60,672 nt of DNA, filler included, from Candidatus Babelota bacterium (GCA_017999075.1; 7 parts of 7 records of this genome joined end to end with filler, not necessarily neighbours in it); one strand, 5' to 3'. Numbered from the whole stretch's first letter, positions 50,081 through 60,672 are shown. Numbers and translations are program-made. Notes: a model not told the origin generated them from the sequence alone.

Positions 50081-52683
50081 TCAGGAATAATTTTAGACAA
50101 ATTTTGAATTAAAGAAGGCAGATTAAACGGTTTTTCAAAATAAGTATGAATTCCATATTTATGAATGGATTCAGGAATATCTGTGATTTGTCCGGACATT
50201 ATTATTAAAGGGATTTTAGGATCAATTTTTCTTAATTGTTCTGCAAATTCTTCGCCTGTAATTTCAGGCATATACAGATCAAGCATTACTACGTCAAACT
50301 TTTCTTTTTTTACGAGGGTTAAAGCTTCTAAAGAAGAATTTTGAACAAATATATTTTTTAATCCGGATTTTTTTAGAAATCTGCTTAATAAATCAGTTAT
50401 TTCTTTTTCATCATCGACAATCAATAATTTTAAATTTTTATTTAATTTTATTTTGTTATTTGCCATTTCATCAGTCTCCGCATCATTTGATGTTTTTATT
50501 TTTGTAAAAACTGGAATCTGTATAGTAAATTCAGAACCTTTATCAGGTTCGCTTTCCACAAAAATTTTACAATTGTGTTTTGTAATAATAGAATAAGTTA
50601 TAGATAACCCCAATCCTGTGCCATTAATGTTGTAGTTATTTTTTGCCAAAGCTCCCTTAGTTGTAAAAAACGGCATAAATAATTTGTTTTTAATTTCGTC
50701 GGTCATGCCAATGCCATTGTCAGATATTTTTATTTCGACGAAATTGTTTTTACAATATGCGGTTATTGAAATTTTTCCTTGTTTTTTAGGTATTATAGCA
50801 TGTCTTGCATTTATAATAAGATTGAGAAAAACCTGCTGAAACTGATTTTTGTCAATATATAACTCTGGAATTTCCGAATAATTCAGTTCAATATCAATTT
50901 TATCAAAAGATAATTGTTTGCTGTTTAATTTAATAACATCTTCGATAATTTCCAAAATATTGCAGTAAGCAAGTTTCGGAGGAATGGGTTTTGCAAAAGA
51001 TATCATGTTGGATACTATATCTGCTCCGCGCGCAGACTGTTTTTCTATAACTTTTAGAGTTTCAATAATTCCTTGGGTATCGTCGAAATTTTTATTTTCA
51101 AGAGTCAATTGGACATTTCCGCGTATTATGGCGAGTATATTGTTGAATTCGTGAGCTATACCTGAAGCAAGTTGGCCAACCGCAGATAGTTTTGCTGAAT
51201 TGACAAGCTGGTGCTCCATTGTTTTTATTTTTGTTATGTCGAGGATGACTCCGATTAATCCTGCAAGATTGTTTGAAGAATCATAAAATGCGGATTTCGA
51301 GAATATGACATTTTTTTTCTCACCGTTTTTTTTCTGAACCAGCCATTCGTAAACTTGAATTTTATCAGGATTAGCGAATAAATCATTATCAGCTTTGAAA
51401 TATTTATCGGCAATTTCTTTCGGAGCTATTTCAAAAACCGTTTTACCGATAACTTCATTTTTTTTAAATCCGAATAATTCTTCGAATGCTTTATTACATC
51501 CAAGATATAATCCGTTTTTATTCTTATAGAATACAGGATTTGGAATCGCATCCATTAGTGTTTGCAAAAACTCCAATCTTTTTTTTGATTCATCTTCGGC
51601 TTTTTTTTGTTCTGTAATATCTTTAAAACTTCCAATTATGAATAAATGGTTATCAATAAAAATTTTTGCCGGGCGCAATTCTGTAAGTATAATTGCCCCG
51701 TCTTTTTTTATAATAGGAACTTCAAAATGTTTAGGAGGGACAAATTCATTTTTTATAAAATCTTCAAATGCTTTATTAAGAAAATCAGTTAATTCGACAG
51801 GATGAATATCTGTTAATTTTAATTTTTTAATTTCATCTTTGTCATAACCAGTCATATTGCAGAATTCTATGTTTGCAAGAACATGTTGTTTATTTATCGG
51901 ATCAGTTAAAAGTATTCCTACAGGAGAATTGTTGAAAATAGTTTCAAACCTTTGTTTTATTTCATTTAATTCGGAATTTTTTTTATTAAGCATTTCATTT
52001 GTTGCTATAATTTCTTCGTTTGCAACCTGTAATTCTTCGTTTGAAGCTTGAAGTTCTTCATTCATTTTATTCAAGTTTTCATTTGAAATTCTTAATTTTT
52101 GGGTTTGTTCAAAAACTTTCACCTCAAGTTTTTTATTTAAAACATTAAGTTCTTCTCTGGCATTTGTCAATTCTTCATTTGTTGAATTAAGCTCTTCTGT
52201 GGTTGATTTTAATTCTTCATTAGATGCCTGAAGTTCTTCAATTATTCTGCCAAGTTCTATTGTGCGTTCTAAAATTTTTGATTCAAGTTTTTCATTTATT
52301 GATTTTAATTCGTTTTCAAGCTGCAATTTGTCGGTTATATCCCTGAAAATTCCTGTTACATGCATTTGTCCATTTATTATAATTTTAGAAGAGTTCAATT
52401 CGGTTGTAATGATTTTTCCTGATTTGTGAAGGAGGTTGATTCTAAAAACCGGTACATCATCCGATTCAACAATTTTGTTAAATTGCTGAATCACAAACTG
52501 CATTTCATTTTTAGGATGAATATTTTCTAATGATAATTCTAAAAGTTCTTCTTTAGAATAACCAAGCATAGAACATATTTTTTTATTAACAATCAAAAAT
52601 TTTTTTGTGCCGGGATCTGCGACAATTATTCCGTCTGACACATTTTCTAAAATTATTTCAAAATTTTCTATGCTTTTATACAT
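50077..52683 (-). CDS. Cytoplasmic hybrid histidine kinase (3 PAS, coiled coil, HisKA-HATPase, REC)
   Basis: EELQASNEEL heptads, GIAHEFNNIL, NLIINA, DNGIG, GTGLGL, REC IVDDE...LDLYMP. Confidence 0.93.
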   Translation of the reverse strand: MYKSIENFEIILENVSDGIIVADPGTKKFLIVNKKICSMLGYSKEELLELSLENIHPKNEMQFVIQQFNKIVESDDVPVFRINLLHKSGKIITTELNSSKIIINGQMHVTGIFRDITDKLQLENELKSINEKLESKILERTIELGRIIEELQASNEELKSTTEELNSTNEELTNAREELNVLNKKLEVKVFEQTQKLRISNENLNKMNEELQASNEELQVANEEIIATNEMLNKKNSELNEIKQRFETIFNNSPVGILLTDPINKQHVLANIEFCNMTGYDKDEIKKLKLTDIHPVELTDFLNKAFEDFIKNEFVPPKHFEVPIIKKDGAIILTELRPAKIFIDNHLFIIGSFKDITEQKKAEDESKKRLEFLQTLMDAIPNPVFYKNKNGLYLGCNKAFEELFGFKKNEVIGKTVFEIAPKEIADKYFKADNDLFANPDKIQVYEWLVQKKNGEKKNVIFSKSAFYDSSNNLAGLIGVILDITKIKTMEHQLVNSAKLSAVGQLASGIAHEFNNILAIIRGNVQLTLENKNFDDTQGIIETLKVIEKQSARGADIVSNMISFAKPIPPKLAYCNILEIIEDVIKLNSKQLSFDKIDIELNYSEIPELYIDKNQFQQVFLNLIINARHAIIPKKQGKISITAYCKNNFVEIKISDNGIGMTDEIKNKLFMPFFTTKGALAKNNYNINGTGLGLSITYSIITKHNCKIFVESEPDKGSEFTIQIPVFTKIKTSNDAETDEMANNKIKLNKNLKLLIVDDEKEITDLLSRFLKKSGLKNIFVQNSSLEALTLVKKEKFDVVMLDLYMPEITGEEFAEQLRKIDPKIPLIIMSGQITDIPESIHKYGIHTYFEKPFNLPSLIQNLSKIIPD

Positions 52684-52934
52684 ATTATTGAATGTTATGT
52701 GATTTTTCGCACATTATAAATAAAATTAAAAAAAAAGCAAATTATTATAAAAAAATAAAAAATAACTTGAATTTATTTATTTTACAAATATAGTCTTGAA
52801 ATATTTTTGTCGTGAAAACATAAATTTTATTTGAATAAATAAAATTTAAAGTCTCGGTTGTACGTTTTTATTCTAATTGCACAATCCGGATTTAACAAAT
52901 AAAAATAAATAAATAAGGAAAAAGGAATAAACTA

Positions 52935-54749
52935 ATGAAGAAAATTAAAAATATTGCAATCATTGCTCATGTGGATCACGGAAAAACCACTCTTGTTGAC
53001 GCAGCACTTCAACAAACAGGAACTTTTAGAAAAAATCAGAAAATTGAAGAGAGGGTAATGGATTCTAATGATATAGAAAAAGAGAGAGGAATTACTATTT
53101 TTTCCAAAAACGCTTCCATCACATATAAAGATTATAAAATAAATATAGTGGATACTCCGGGACATTCTGATTTTGGAGGCGAAGTGCAAAGAATAATCAA
53201 GATGGTTGATTCTGTACTGCTTTTGGTTGATGCTTTTGAAGGGACAATGCCTCAGACAAAATATGTTTTGAAGAAATCATTGGAATCAGGATTGAAACCT
53301 ATTGTAGTAATAAATAAAATTGACAGAGCCAACTGCCGACCTGAAGAAGTTCTTAATATGATATTCGATTTGTTTGTTGAACTGAATGCTGACGAAAAAC
53401 AGCTTGATTTTCCTGTTGTTTATGCGTCTTCAAAAAGCGGTATTGCAAAGTATGAACTTGACGATGATTCTGATAATTTTGAACCGTTGCTGGAAACTAT
53501 TATAAAATTTGCGCCTGATCCTGAAGGAGATAAAGATAAATCTTTTCAGTTTCTTACTTCAGCCATATCGTATGATAATTATTTAGGAAAATTAGGAACA
53601 GGGAAAATACATAATGGGACAATTAAAACAGGGGATGAAGTTGTTTTAATGAAACGAGATGGGAAAATAGAACCATTTAAAATTACCAAAATATTTACAT
53701 ATGAGGGATTAAAAAAAGTTGAGATAAAAGAAGCCGAAGCAGGAGAAATAGTTACAATAGCAGGTTCTTCAAGTATAGATGTTGGTGAAACAGTCGCTGA
53801 CAAGGAAAATCCTGAATCGCTTCCTTCAATAGAGATTGATGAACCTACCATATCAATAACGTTTATGGTAAATAATTCTCCGTTTTCAGGAAGAGAGGGT
53901 AAATATGTAACTTCAAGGAATATAGGTGAACGTTTAAAAAGAGAACTGCAATCCAATGTAAGTTTGGTTGTAGAGGAAACAGAATCGTCAGATTCTTTTA
54001 TAGTAAAAGGCCGCGGTGAACTCCAACTTGCGATTTTAATAGAAAATATGAGGCGTGAAGGTTATGAGTTCCAGGTATCGAAACCTAAAGTAATAATTAA
54101 GGAAGAAGACGGTGTGAAAAAAGAACCGATGGAATATGTTGTAATAGATGTGGAAGAGAATTATGTTGGAGCTGTAATAGAAAAATTAGGAATCAGAAAA
54201 TCTGAATTAGTAAATATGGTGCAAAGCGTAGACGGTTATGCAAGACTTGAGTTCATAGCGCCAAGCCGCGGGCTTATAGGATTCAGAAATGAATTTTTAA
54301 CGGATACTCGCGGGACTGGAATTATGAATCATGTTTTTTATAAGTATGATGTTTATAAAGGGGAAATATCAAGAAGAAGCAGAGGAGTATTGATAGCTCA
54401 TGAAACAGGAGTTTCAGTAACATATGCACTTGATATGTTTCAGGACCGCGGCAGATTTTTTATTGATCCTGGCGTAGAAGTTTACGAAGGCATGATTATA
54501 GGAGAACATAACCGTGAAAACGATATAGTTATAAATATATGTAAAACCAAAAAACTCACGAATATGCGAGCTTCCGGAACCGACGACGCGGCAAAAATAG
54601 CGCCGGCTGTCAAATTTAGTCTTGAACAGTCTCTTGAATATATTGAAGACGATGAACTTCTTGAAATTACTCCGTTAAATATAAGAATGAGGAAAAAACT
54701 GTTAAAAGAAACAGACAGGAAAATTTATGCAAAAAGAAATGCGGAATAA
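52935..54749 (+). CDS. typA: Translational GTPase TypA/BipA
   Basis: [43 protein letters not shown]. Confidence 0.98.
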   Translation: MKKIKNIAIIAHVDHGKTTLVDAALQQTGTFRKNQKIEERVMDSNDIEKERGITIFSKNASITYKDYKINIVDTPGHSDFGGEVQRIIKMVDSVLLLVDAFEGTMPQTKYVLKKSLESGLKPIVVINKIDRANCRPEEVLNMIFDLFVELNADEKQLDFPVVYASSKSGIAKYELDDDSDNFEPLLETIIKFAPDPEGDKDKSFQFLTSAISYDNYLGKLGTGKIHNGTIKTGDEVVLMKRDGKIEPFKITKIFTYEGLKKVEIKEAEAGEIVTIAGSSSIDVGETVADKENPESLPSIEIDEPTISITFMVNNSPFSGREGKYVTSRNIGERLKRELQSNVSLVVEETESSDSFIVKGRGELQLAILIENMRREGYEFQVSKPKVIIKEEDGVKKEPMEYVVIDVEENYVGAVIEKLGIRKSELVNMVQSVDGYARLEFIAPSRGLIGFRNEFLTDTRGTGIMNHVFYKYDVYKGEISRRSRGVLIAHETGVSVTYALDMFQDRGRFFIDPGVEVYEGMIIGEHNRENDIVINICKTKKLTNMRASGTDDAAKIAPAVKFSLEQSLEYIEDDELLEITPLNIRMRKKLLKETDRKIYAKRNAE

Positions 54750-54796
54750 TTTTTTAAAACTCGAATTTTTGAAAGATGCGGTTTGATTTTAAAAAG

Positions 54797-56416
54797 TTAA
54801 AATCCGCATCTGAGTTTTTCATTTAAGCGTTTGATGTTGTTTTTTAAATTTTCGGATAAATCATGTGTTTGAATTTTTTTCATTTCAAAATTAAATAAAT
54901 CGAATTGAACAGTATGACTTAATATTTCATTCAATTCAGACTTTGAAAGATGTAAAAGTAATTCTGCCCCATCTTTTTCTTCTAATTTGTTTAACTCCGT
55001 TTTAATATTATTGATTAATTCGTTTAATCTTTTTTTTGAAAGTATGAAATCATTTTTTTTGAAATCTGATTTAGATATAATATTTTTACAATAAAGTTTT
55101 ACTGCTTTTTCAAAATCAAGAAGTTTAATATTGTTTTTCAATATACCTGCGTTTGTACAATTTATATAATTCCCTTTTTTATCAGCAAATTCAAGTTCAA
55201 ACCAATTTTTAAAATTAATCAAAGTTTCAGAAGTATACACATAATTTTCATTGATATCACGGCAAGCTACAGCATTTCTATTTTCTTCAAAAAAAATTGT
55301 TTCATTAGTTAAAAATTTATTTAATCCGGAATATTTATTTTCGATTTTTGAAGTTGATATGCAATGAGAATTATTTTTTGTGAAAGCTAAATCCTGTCCA
55401 ATGAAAATAATAGGATCGCATTCTGCTTCGCGGACAGCAGAAAATAAGGATGTTGCCACTGACCCGCCTGATTTTATAAAACTAAGGAGTACAGAGTTAT
55501 GTTCAAGATAGTTATCCAACGGAGAATATGAATTGAAAAAAAATTTATCTGATTCTTTGAATTCAGATAAAATATTCGGGTTTACGATTATAGTGGTAAT
55601 CAGTTTTATATATTTATTTCCCAATCCTCTGACAAGCATATAATTGTCGTGTTGAGAATCCACTGTTCCGACAAAATCAGGAATTATATTTTCTTTTAAT
55701 AATGCGCTTAATGCAGTATCTACACAGAATATATAGAAATAATCTCTGTATTTTTTCAGTGTACAAAGACTGGATGAAAGCGAAGGACCTGCTGATACAA
55801 TTACTGCAGGTTTGCCGCAACAAATTTGTTTTATACATTTAATATCATAAGATTCAGTAAGATATTTAAGATTGTCAAACGAATTGTTTATCCATTCATA
55901 GCCATAATTACCGGTCGTAGCAAGATTTGAAAACGTAAATTTTAAAAAATCAGATATGCAGCTGACAACCGATTTATAATATTTTTCATCAAGTTTGACA
56001 GAATTAAGATTAGTTATGATTTTTGTTTTGAAAAAATTTCTGAAGTTAATATATTTTGAAATACAGTATGTTATATCTGTTTTATTACCTTCACATAAGA
56101 TTTCAATATTGTCGGAATTTATGTTTAAAATCGATTTATTAGATTCAAATAAATTATATATTTCATGAAACCGTTCAAAAACTATTATTTTTGATTTTTT
56201 AGGTGCTGCGGATAAAATACTTTTTAAATGATATCCAATACCAAGACCCACTAAAATTATTACATCTTTATCAGATAAATCAAATTGATTTATGAATCTG
56301 TCTGCTTCGCGCTGCGGGTCATAAAGACTATGAAGAGAAATTCGTTCGTTCCCGATTGATACCGGTTTTAAAACCGGCACTCCTGATTTCGAATAAATTA
56401 CTTCAAAATTCAGCAT
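54797..56416 (-). CDS. Motility-associated factor (Maf/DUF115) flagellin glycosyltransferase-like protein
   Basis: LHSLYDPQREA, VGLGIGYH, IVSAGPSL, GGSVA, IIFIGQDLAF. Confidence 0.85.
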   Translation of the reverse strand: MLNFEVIYSKSGVPVLKPVSIGNERISLHSLYDPQREADRFINQFDLSDKDVIILVGLGIGYHLKSILSAAPKKSKIIVFERFHEIYNLFESNKSILNINSDNIEILCEGNKTDITYCISKYINFRNFFKTKIITNLNSVKLDEKYYKSVVSCISDFLKFTFSNLATTGNYGYEWINNSFDNLKYLTESYDIKCIKQICCGKPAVIVSAGPSLSSSLCTLKKYRDYFYIFCVDTALSALLKENIIPDFVGTVDSQHDNYMLVRGLGNKYIKLITTIIVNPNILSEFKESDKFFFNSYSPLDNYLEHNSVLLSFIKSGGSVATSLFSAVREAECDPIIFIGQDLAFTKNNSHCISTSKIENKYSGLNKFLTNETIFFEENRNAVACRDINENYVYTSETLINFKNWFELEFADKKGNYINCTNAGILKNNIKLLDFEKAVKLYCKNIISKSDFKKNDFILSKKRLNELINNIKTELNKLEEKDGAELLLHLSKSELNEILSHTVQFDLFNFEMKKIQTHDLSENLKNNIKRLNEKLRCGF

Positions 56417-56428
56417 AATATATTTAAA

Positions 56429-57208
56429 TTAGACATTTCGAAATTTAATGTTTGAATTTGATACGGTAACAAATTCTTTTATATAATCGTCGTCAGGAAT
56501 TATTTTTTCGAAATCATTTTTTTTTCCGAAAAAATGGCATTTTCCTCTATTGAGCAATAAGATTTTGTCTGAGATAAGGAGAGCACTGTTGATGTCGTGA
56601 GTTATTACGACTAAAGTTATTTTAAATGCTTCTCTAATTTTTAAAATCAGTTTATTAATTTCGTTTGTAATTAATGGATCAAGACCTGAATGAGGTTCGT
56701 CAAAAAATAATATTTTAGGGTCCATTATTATAGCTCTTGCAAGAGCAGCTCTTTTTTTCATTCCTCCTGAAAGTTCTGATGGCATAGAAAATTCTGTTTT
56801 TTCAAGCCCCACCCATTTTAATTTTAGTTTGATCATTATTTTTTTTAATTCATCATCTAAATCAGTCATTTCATCAAGAGGCAATTTTAAATTTTCATAA
56901 ATGTTTAATGAATTCAATAATGCACCGGATTGAAATAAAACTCCGATTTTCTTATAATAATTTTTAATTTTAATTTTGTCGTTAAAATCAAGTATTTCAT
57001 TATCAACTGTAATTATGCCTTTTTCCGGTTTTTCAAGAGCAAGCATGTTTTTGAATAATGTGGTTTTTCCGCATCCGCTTTGTCCGAGTATAACGAGAAT
57101 TTCATTGGAATTTACAGTAAAACTGATGTTTTCAAGAACATAATGCGGTTCACTGTTATATTTGAAATACAAATTGGAAATATTAATTATTTCTGAGGAT
57201 GAAATCAT
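56429..57208 (-). CDS. ABC ATPase, MlaF/Mkl family
   Basis: GQSGCGKT, LFQSGALLNSL, ELSGGMKKRAALARA, FDEP, ITHD. Confidence 0.88.
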   Translation of the reverse strand: MISSSEIINISNLYFKYNSEPHYVLENISFTVNSNEILVILGQSGCGKTTLFKNMLALEKPEKGIITVDNEILDFNDKIKIKNYYKKIGVLFQSGALLNSLNIYENLKLPLDEMTDLDDELKKIMIKLKLKWVGLEKTEFSMPSELSGGMKKRAALARAIIMDPKILFFDEPHSGLDPLITNEINKLILKIREAFKITLVVITHDINSALLISDKILLLNRGKCHFFGKKNDFEKIIPDDDYIKEFVTVSNSNIKFRNV

Positions 57209-57209
57209 T

Positions 57210-57800
57210 TTATTTTATCAGAAAATTTTGTCCGATTCTAAACGCAGTTAAATTGATATCAAGTATTTTTTGAGGAAGAGTTTCTGTTAAGGTCTGTTTC
57301 CAGATTTTTTCATCAATTGATAAAAATGAAGATAAAGCTCCAAGCATTATAGTGTTGACAGTTTTTGGATTTCCTGATGATTCAGCTAATTTCATAATAT
57401 TAATTAGATGATAATCATATTTTTTTGCCTTCATAACTTCTTCAATATTTCCCGGATAAGAAAATTTCCCGGAATTTACAGAGGCAGGAGATATCTCCAT
57501 ATCAGAAATAATTAATTTTGTTTTAGTTCCTGCGTAATCTAAATATCTTAAAATTTCCATTTTTTCAAAAGATAAAATGAAATCAGCGTCATTTTTACCT
57601 ATCAGCGGCGAACAAACTTTTTTTCCGAATCTTATGTAGCTTACAACGCTTCCGCCTCGCTGACTCATACCATGAACTTCGCTTTGTTTCACATCAAATC
57701 CTGAATTTAATGCTGCTTCAGACAATAATTTACTGGCAAGAATAATTCCCTGACCGCCGACTCCGCATATTAAAATGTTTGTTATTTTGTTATCGTTCAT
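57210..57800 (-). CDS. iorB: Indolepyruvate:ferredoxin oxidoreductase beta subunit
   Basis: GVGGQGIILAS, SEVHGMSQRGGSV. Confidence 0.9.
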   Translation of the reverse strand: MNDNKITNILICGVGGQGIILASKLLSEAALNSGFDVKQSEVHGMSQRGGSVVSYIRFGKKVCSPLIGKNDADFILSFEKMEILRYLDYAGTKTKLIISDMEISPASVNSGKFSYPGNIEEVMKAKKYDYHLINIMKLAESSGNPKTVNTIMLGALSSFLSIDEKIWKQTLTETLPQKILDINLTAFRIGQNFLIK

Positions 57801-57904
57801 TTAAACAACCTGCCTGATTTTTAAAAACACAATATTAATATATATTTTTTTTATTTCAAAATAATCCCGAAAATAATTCGAAAATGTTATTATTTTATTT
57901 TGTT

Positions 57905-59209
57905 CTATTCAATGTACAAATATTGTTTTATTAAATTAATTTTTAAAGGATTAATTAAAGGAATATTATATAGTTCGTCTATTGAATTAAAACCCTGCTG
58001 TTTTTTTTCTGACATTAAATAAGTCTTATACCTGTCAATTAATTCTGCAGTAACATTATCGCATCCTGGAATTTTGAGCAATTGTTCTAAAGTTATTGTT
58101 TTTAAGTTATATACCGGAAAATTAAAATTTTTTTGCTGATCTGGTGATATATCTGACGGGACAGGAGGAACAGGAATTGATTCTTGAGCCGGAACAGCTT
58201 CTGGCATTGGAATTAATTCTGGGGCAGGAATTGGTTCCTGCTGAAATTGATAAGGTTCTTGAACAGCAGCCGATGACTGTTCAGGTAATGGGGGAACAGG
58301 AATAGCTTCTTGGATATCATTTTGAAAAGGAGGAATCGGTATGTTTGAAGATGTTTCTTTATTGTTTTGAGGCATAACATTAACCTGAGGTATTTTATTT
58401 ATATAATCATTAATTTTTTTATCGAGTTCAGGATCTTTAGGTTCAGAACTAAAATAGTGTTTGTAAATAAAATATGCGGCAGCTCCAACAGCTATTGCAG
58501 TAGAACTGTATATGACAGCTTTCTTAATAAATTGTGATTTTTTATAATCTTTATATTTTTCAAATCCATAATATCCTGCTGCGCCTATAGCTGTTAATCC
58601 GGTTAATCCATAAACAACAGGCTTAACATAACTTTTTTTTTCGGTATTTTCATTATTTTCTTTTAAACTTTCTTTGTCGCAGTCATCGATTTTTTTGCAA
58701 TTGTCGGATTCGTTGATTTCATTGCCGCAATTGTCAGCATCTATAAGTTCGCCGCAATTATTTTCAGAAGAATCGTGCTGAATATGAGTTTTATTTAAAT
58801 TGACATCTTCGCGATTTTTTTTGTTTTGAGTAATTTTTTCAATTTTCAGATTTTCTGATTCGGATTTGTTTGTAATATATTTTTTTTTATTTTCAGCAAC
58901 TTTTTTGTCTGCATCAGGTTTGACAGATTCAGTTTTATGTTTTTCCAATTCGGATTTATAGGCTGAATTCACTAATTCTGCCTGAATGTTGTTGCCCATT
59001 GAAATATAAACTGAAGCAAGGTCGTCATAAGCTGGTTTAAACAGCGGATTTACAGATATGGACTTGTTGAAAAAATATATTTTTTGCTGAACTGACGATA
59101 ATTGTTTTCCTATATTATAAAAATAATTATCTAATTCTTCGGCTGACGCTGTCTGCATCATTAGTAAAAAACAAATTGATGAGACTGCAAAAATTTTTTT
59201 TAATAACAT
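57905..59209 (-). CDS. Exported/membrane protein: signal peptide, TPR-like region, two TMs, Pro-rich linker, C-terminal helix-hairpin-helix (ComEA-like)
   Basis: ATG 59209 after GGAGG; AYDDLASVYISMG TPR; IPVPP repeats; NLKTITLEQLLKIPG...GFNSIDELYNIP. Confidence 0.65.
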   Translation of the reverse strand: MLLKKIFAVSSICFLLMMQTASAEELDNYFYNIGKQLSSVQQKIYFFNKSISVNPLFKPAYDDLASVYISMGNNIQAELVNSAYKSELEKHKTESVKPDADKKVAENKKKYITNKSESENLKIEKITQNKKNREDVNLNKTHIQHDSSENNCGELIDADNCGNEINESDNCKKIDDCDKESLKENNENTEKKSYVKPVVYGLTGLTAIGAAGYYGFEKYKDYKKSQFIKKAVIYSSTAIAVGAAAYFIYKHYFSSEPKDPELDKKINDYINKIPQVNVMPQNNKETSSNIPIPPFQNDIQEAIPVPPLPEQSSAAVQEPYQFQQEPIPAPELIPMPEAVPAQESIPVPPVPSDISPDQQKNFNFPVYNLKTITLEQLLKIPGCDNVTAELIDRYKTYLMSEKKQQGFNSIDELYNIPLINPLKINLIKQYLYIE

Positions 59210-59324
59210 TTTGTTCCTCCGCAAAAATAATATACCATATAACTCTTTTAAAATTTTAATTATTTCATGTTTTTTATTACAAAATTTAATTGTAACCCAT
59301 AAAAATAATAAAATCAACAAATAT

Positions 59325-60672
59325 TTATTGATAATTTTGAAGGTTATGTCCGCAGAATTTTTTCCAGCACATATTGCGTTCCTGTTGAGAAATGCAATTC
59401 ATATCAATTTTTGAATCTATTCCGTTCCAGATTGCCCCGCAATAAAGTTCAGTCCAAAAATGTGCAAGTTTTTCAGGGGACAGGTAACCCCATTTCCGCA
59501 TTGGTTTATATCTTGAGTAAATTAATTGAGCTATGTCTTTTGGATGCCAACCTTTTTTGTCAAGTATTCTTATTATTCCTTGAAGATAAAAAGGTTTTAA
59601 CAGGTTATCGTTTGGAGTTTCCATTGCTGCTGCATAACACGGCGGCAGTTCGCGTATAACGTTGTCAATATTAAAATTAGGATTTGTTTCAGTAGTATAA
59701 TATTTTTCATCGAACGTTTTATGAAAATTGTATAACCGGGTTTTTTTATAATCATTTATAACTTTTTTCCATGGTTCGATGTTTCTTGGAAGTTTAGTGT
59801 CAGCGGAATTAGCATATTCAACAGTGTAATCAAAATGTTTATTATCATTCCTTCTTCTGATATTCATCAGATCATTGAGGTTAGGAGTAAAGCTCATTTT
59901 AGGCCAATAACGCGGAATACACGTACAAATAGGGACATTGTTTGCCAGCCATTCACCCACTTTCCAGCGAAGAACTTTGTGTTTTTGATATGTAGAAAAC
60001 GGAATTCTGATGCTTCGAGCATAAACAGGATCTGAATATAATGTTACATCAAGAGATATAGCCTCCTGGCCTTCATTATAAATTCCTTTTCCTGCAGGAC
60101 CTGTTGGAATATCAGAAAAAATTACAGGGATAATTTTTTCTCCGTCAGCTCTTTTTTTATCGCATTCCTGTATGATTTTATGGGTCAGGAACTGAATTAG
60201 TCTGCATGCTCCGCTGAAAGCTTTACCTATATTTAGAGGAACCTCACCGCCTATCTTGTATTTTCTGAATTGATATTTTCTTATTGTAGTATGTTCGAGC
60301 GCCCCGATATTTTCAAGGAGATGATGTTCGTATTCAAAAGGCCAGATACAAGTGAAATGATACCCCTGACCTGTCATGGTTATTAAAAGTTCAAGTCCGT
60401 ATTCATCAAACACTTTTTTTATTATTTGATATACAGGTTCTATTTTATAAAAAGTTTTATAAGGATTTGCATGCACTTCTCCCGGATAACTTAAATTAAA
60501 ATATTCTATATCAAGGGCAAGCATAGTTCCGTCATCGCGCCATAATGAACAGAATATGTCAAGACCTTTTTGTTTTGTCATTTCAAATATTTGTTCAAAT
60601 ACCGAACTTGACCAATAACCTTTTTCATTGCCTTTCCATACTTCAGATTCTCCGAAACCTATACTGTATCGC
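59325..60672 (-). CDS. AEP (archaeo-eukaryotic primase)-like protein with C-terminal PriL-like Cys domain; 5' end beyond the window
   Basis: Frame is open to the window edge; LALDIE, TGQGYH, SLDVTLYSD..RSIRIPFS; LPPC...NCISQQERNMCWKKFC. Confidence 0.6.
   Translation of the reverse strand, partial: RYSIGFGESEVWKGNEKGYWSSSVFEQIFEMTKQKGLDIFCSLWRDDGTMLALDIEYFNLSYPGEVHANPYKTFYKIEPVYQIIKKVFDEYGLELLITMTGQGYHFTCIWPFEYEHHLLENIGALEHTTIRKYQFRKYKIGGEVPLNIGKAFSGACRLIQFLTHKIIQECDKKRADGEKIIPVIFSDIPTGPAGKGIYNEGQEAISLDVTLYSDPVYARSIRIPFSTYQKHKVLRWKVGEWLANNVPICTCIPRYWPKMSFTPNLNDLMNIRRRNDNKHFDYTVEYANSADTKLPRNIEPWKKVINDYKKTRLYNFHKTFDEKYYTTETNPNFNIDNVIRELPPCYAAAMETPNDNLLKPFYLQGIIRILDKKGWHPKDIAQLIYSRYKPMRKWGYLSPEKLAHFWTELYCGAIWNGIDSKIDMNCISQQERNMCWKKFCGHNLQNYQ

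Noticed and set aside
52000-52245. EELQASNEEL repeats in the hybrid kinase
   Set aside because: A common signalling coiled-coil motif in PAS kinases and CheB/CheR fusions; not novel.
1-60672. rRNA, tRNA, CRISPR arrays, prophage or an alternative genetic code
   Set aside because: None recognised by eye; TGA, TAA and TAG all terminate conserved genes at expected positions.

Overview
This window is not one locus. It is seven contigs of a very AT-rich bacterial draft genome or MAG, joined by six artificial 100-bp linkers (44 N + TTAATTAATTAA + 44 N), so gene neighbourhood is only meaningful inside 1-5580, 5681-11250, 11351-16916, 17017-22562, 22663-28184, 28285-33801 and 33902-60672. The gene content suggests a flagellated, chemotactic anaerobe: flagellins, fliR/flhB, che genes, an [FeFe]-hydrogenase, a flavodiiron protein, iorB and a xanthine-dehydrogenase-family molybdoenzyme. 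Main points of interest: (1) an operon of two bacterial dynamin-like GTPases followed by a small protein made of T(K/E/H)(P/S)NI(F/L)GG repeats, a candidate membrane-remodelling or anti-phage module. The second dynamin is split by an IS5-family element with a 5-bp target duplication, and removing the element restores the frame. (2) That IS carries an exact sigma-28 promoter consensus in front of its transposase. A 126-bp MITE-like element and a solo end with related inverted repeats occur elsewhere in the window. (3) A gene at the right edge encodes an AEP primase-like domain fused to a PriL-like Cys domain. (4) Several atypical chemosensory proteins: a CheR-STAS fusion, a CheB-type receiver lacking its phosphoacceptor Asp, and a kinase-less HPt-P2-CheW protein. 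(5) A highly divergent flagellin-like paralogue. All calls are by eye from motifs; no searches were run.
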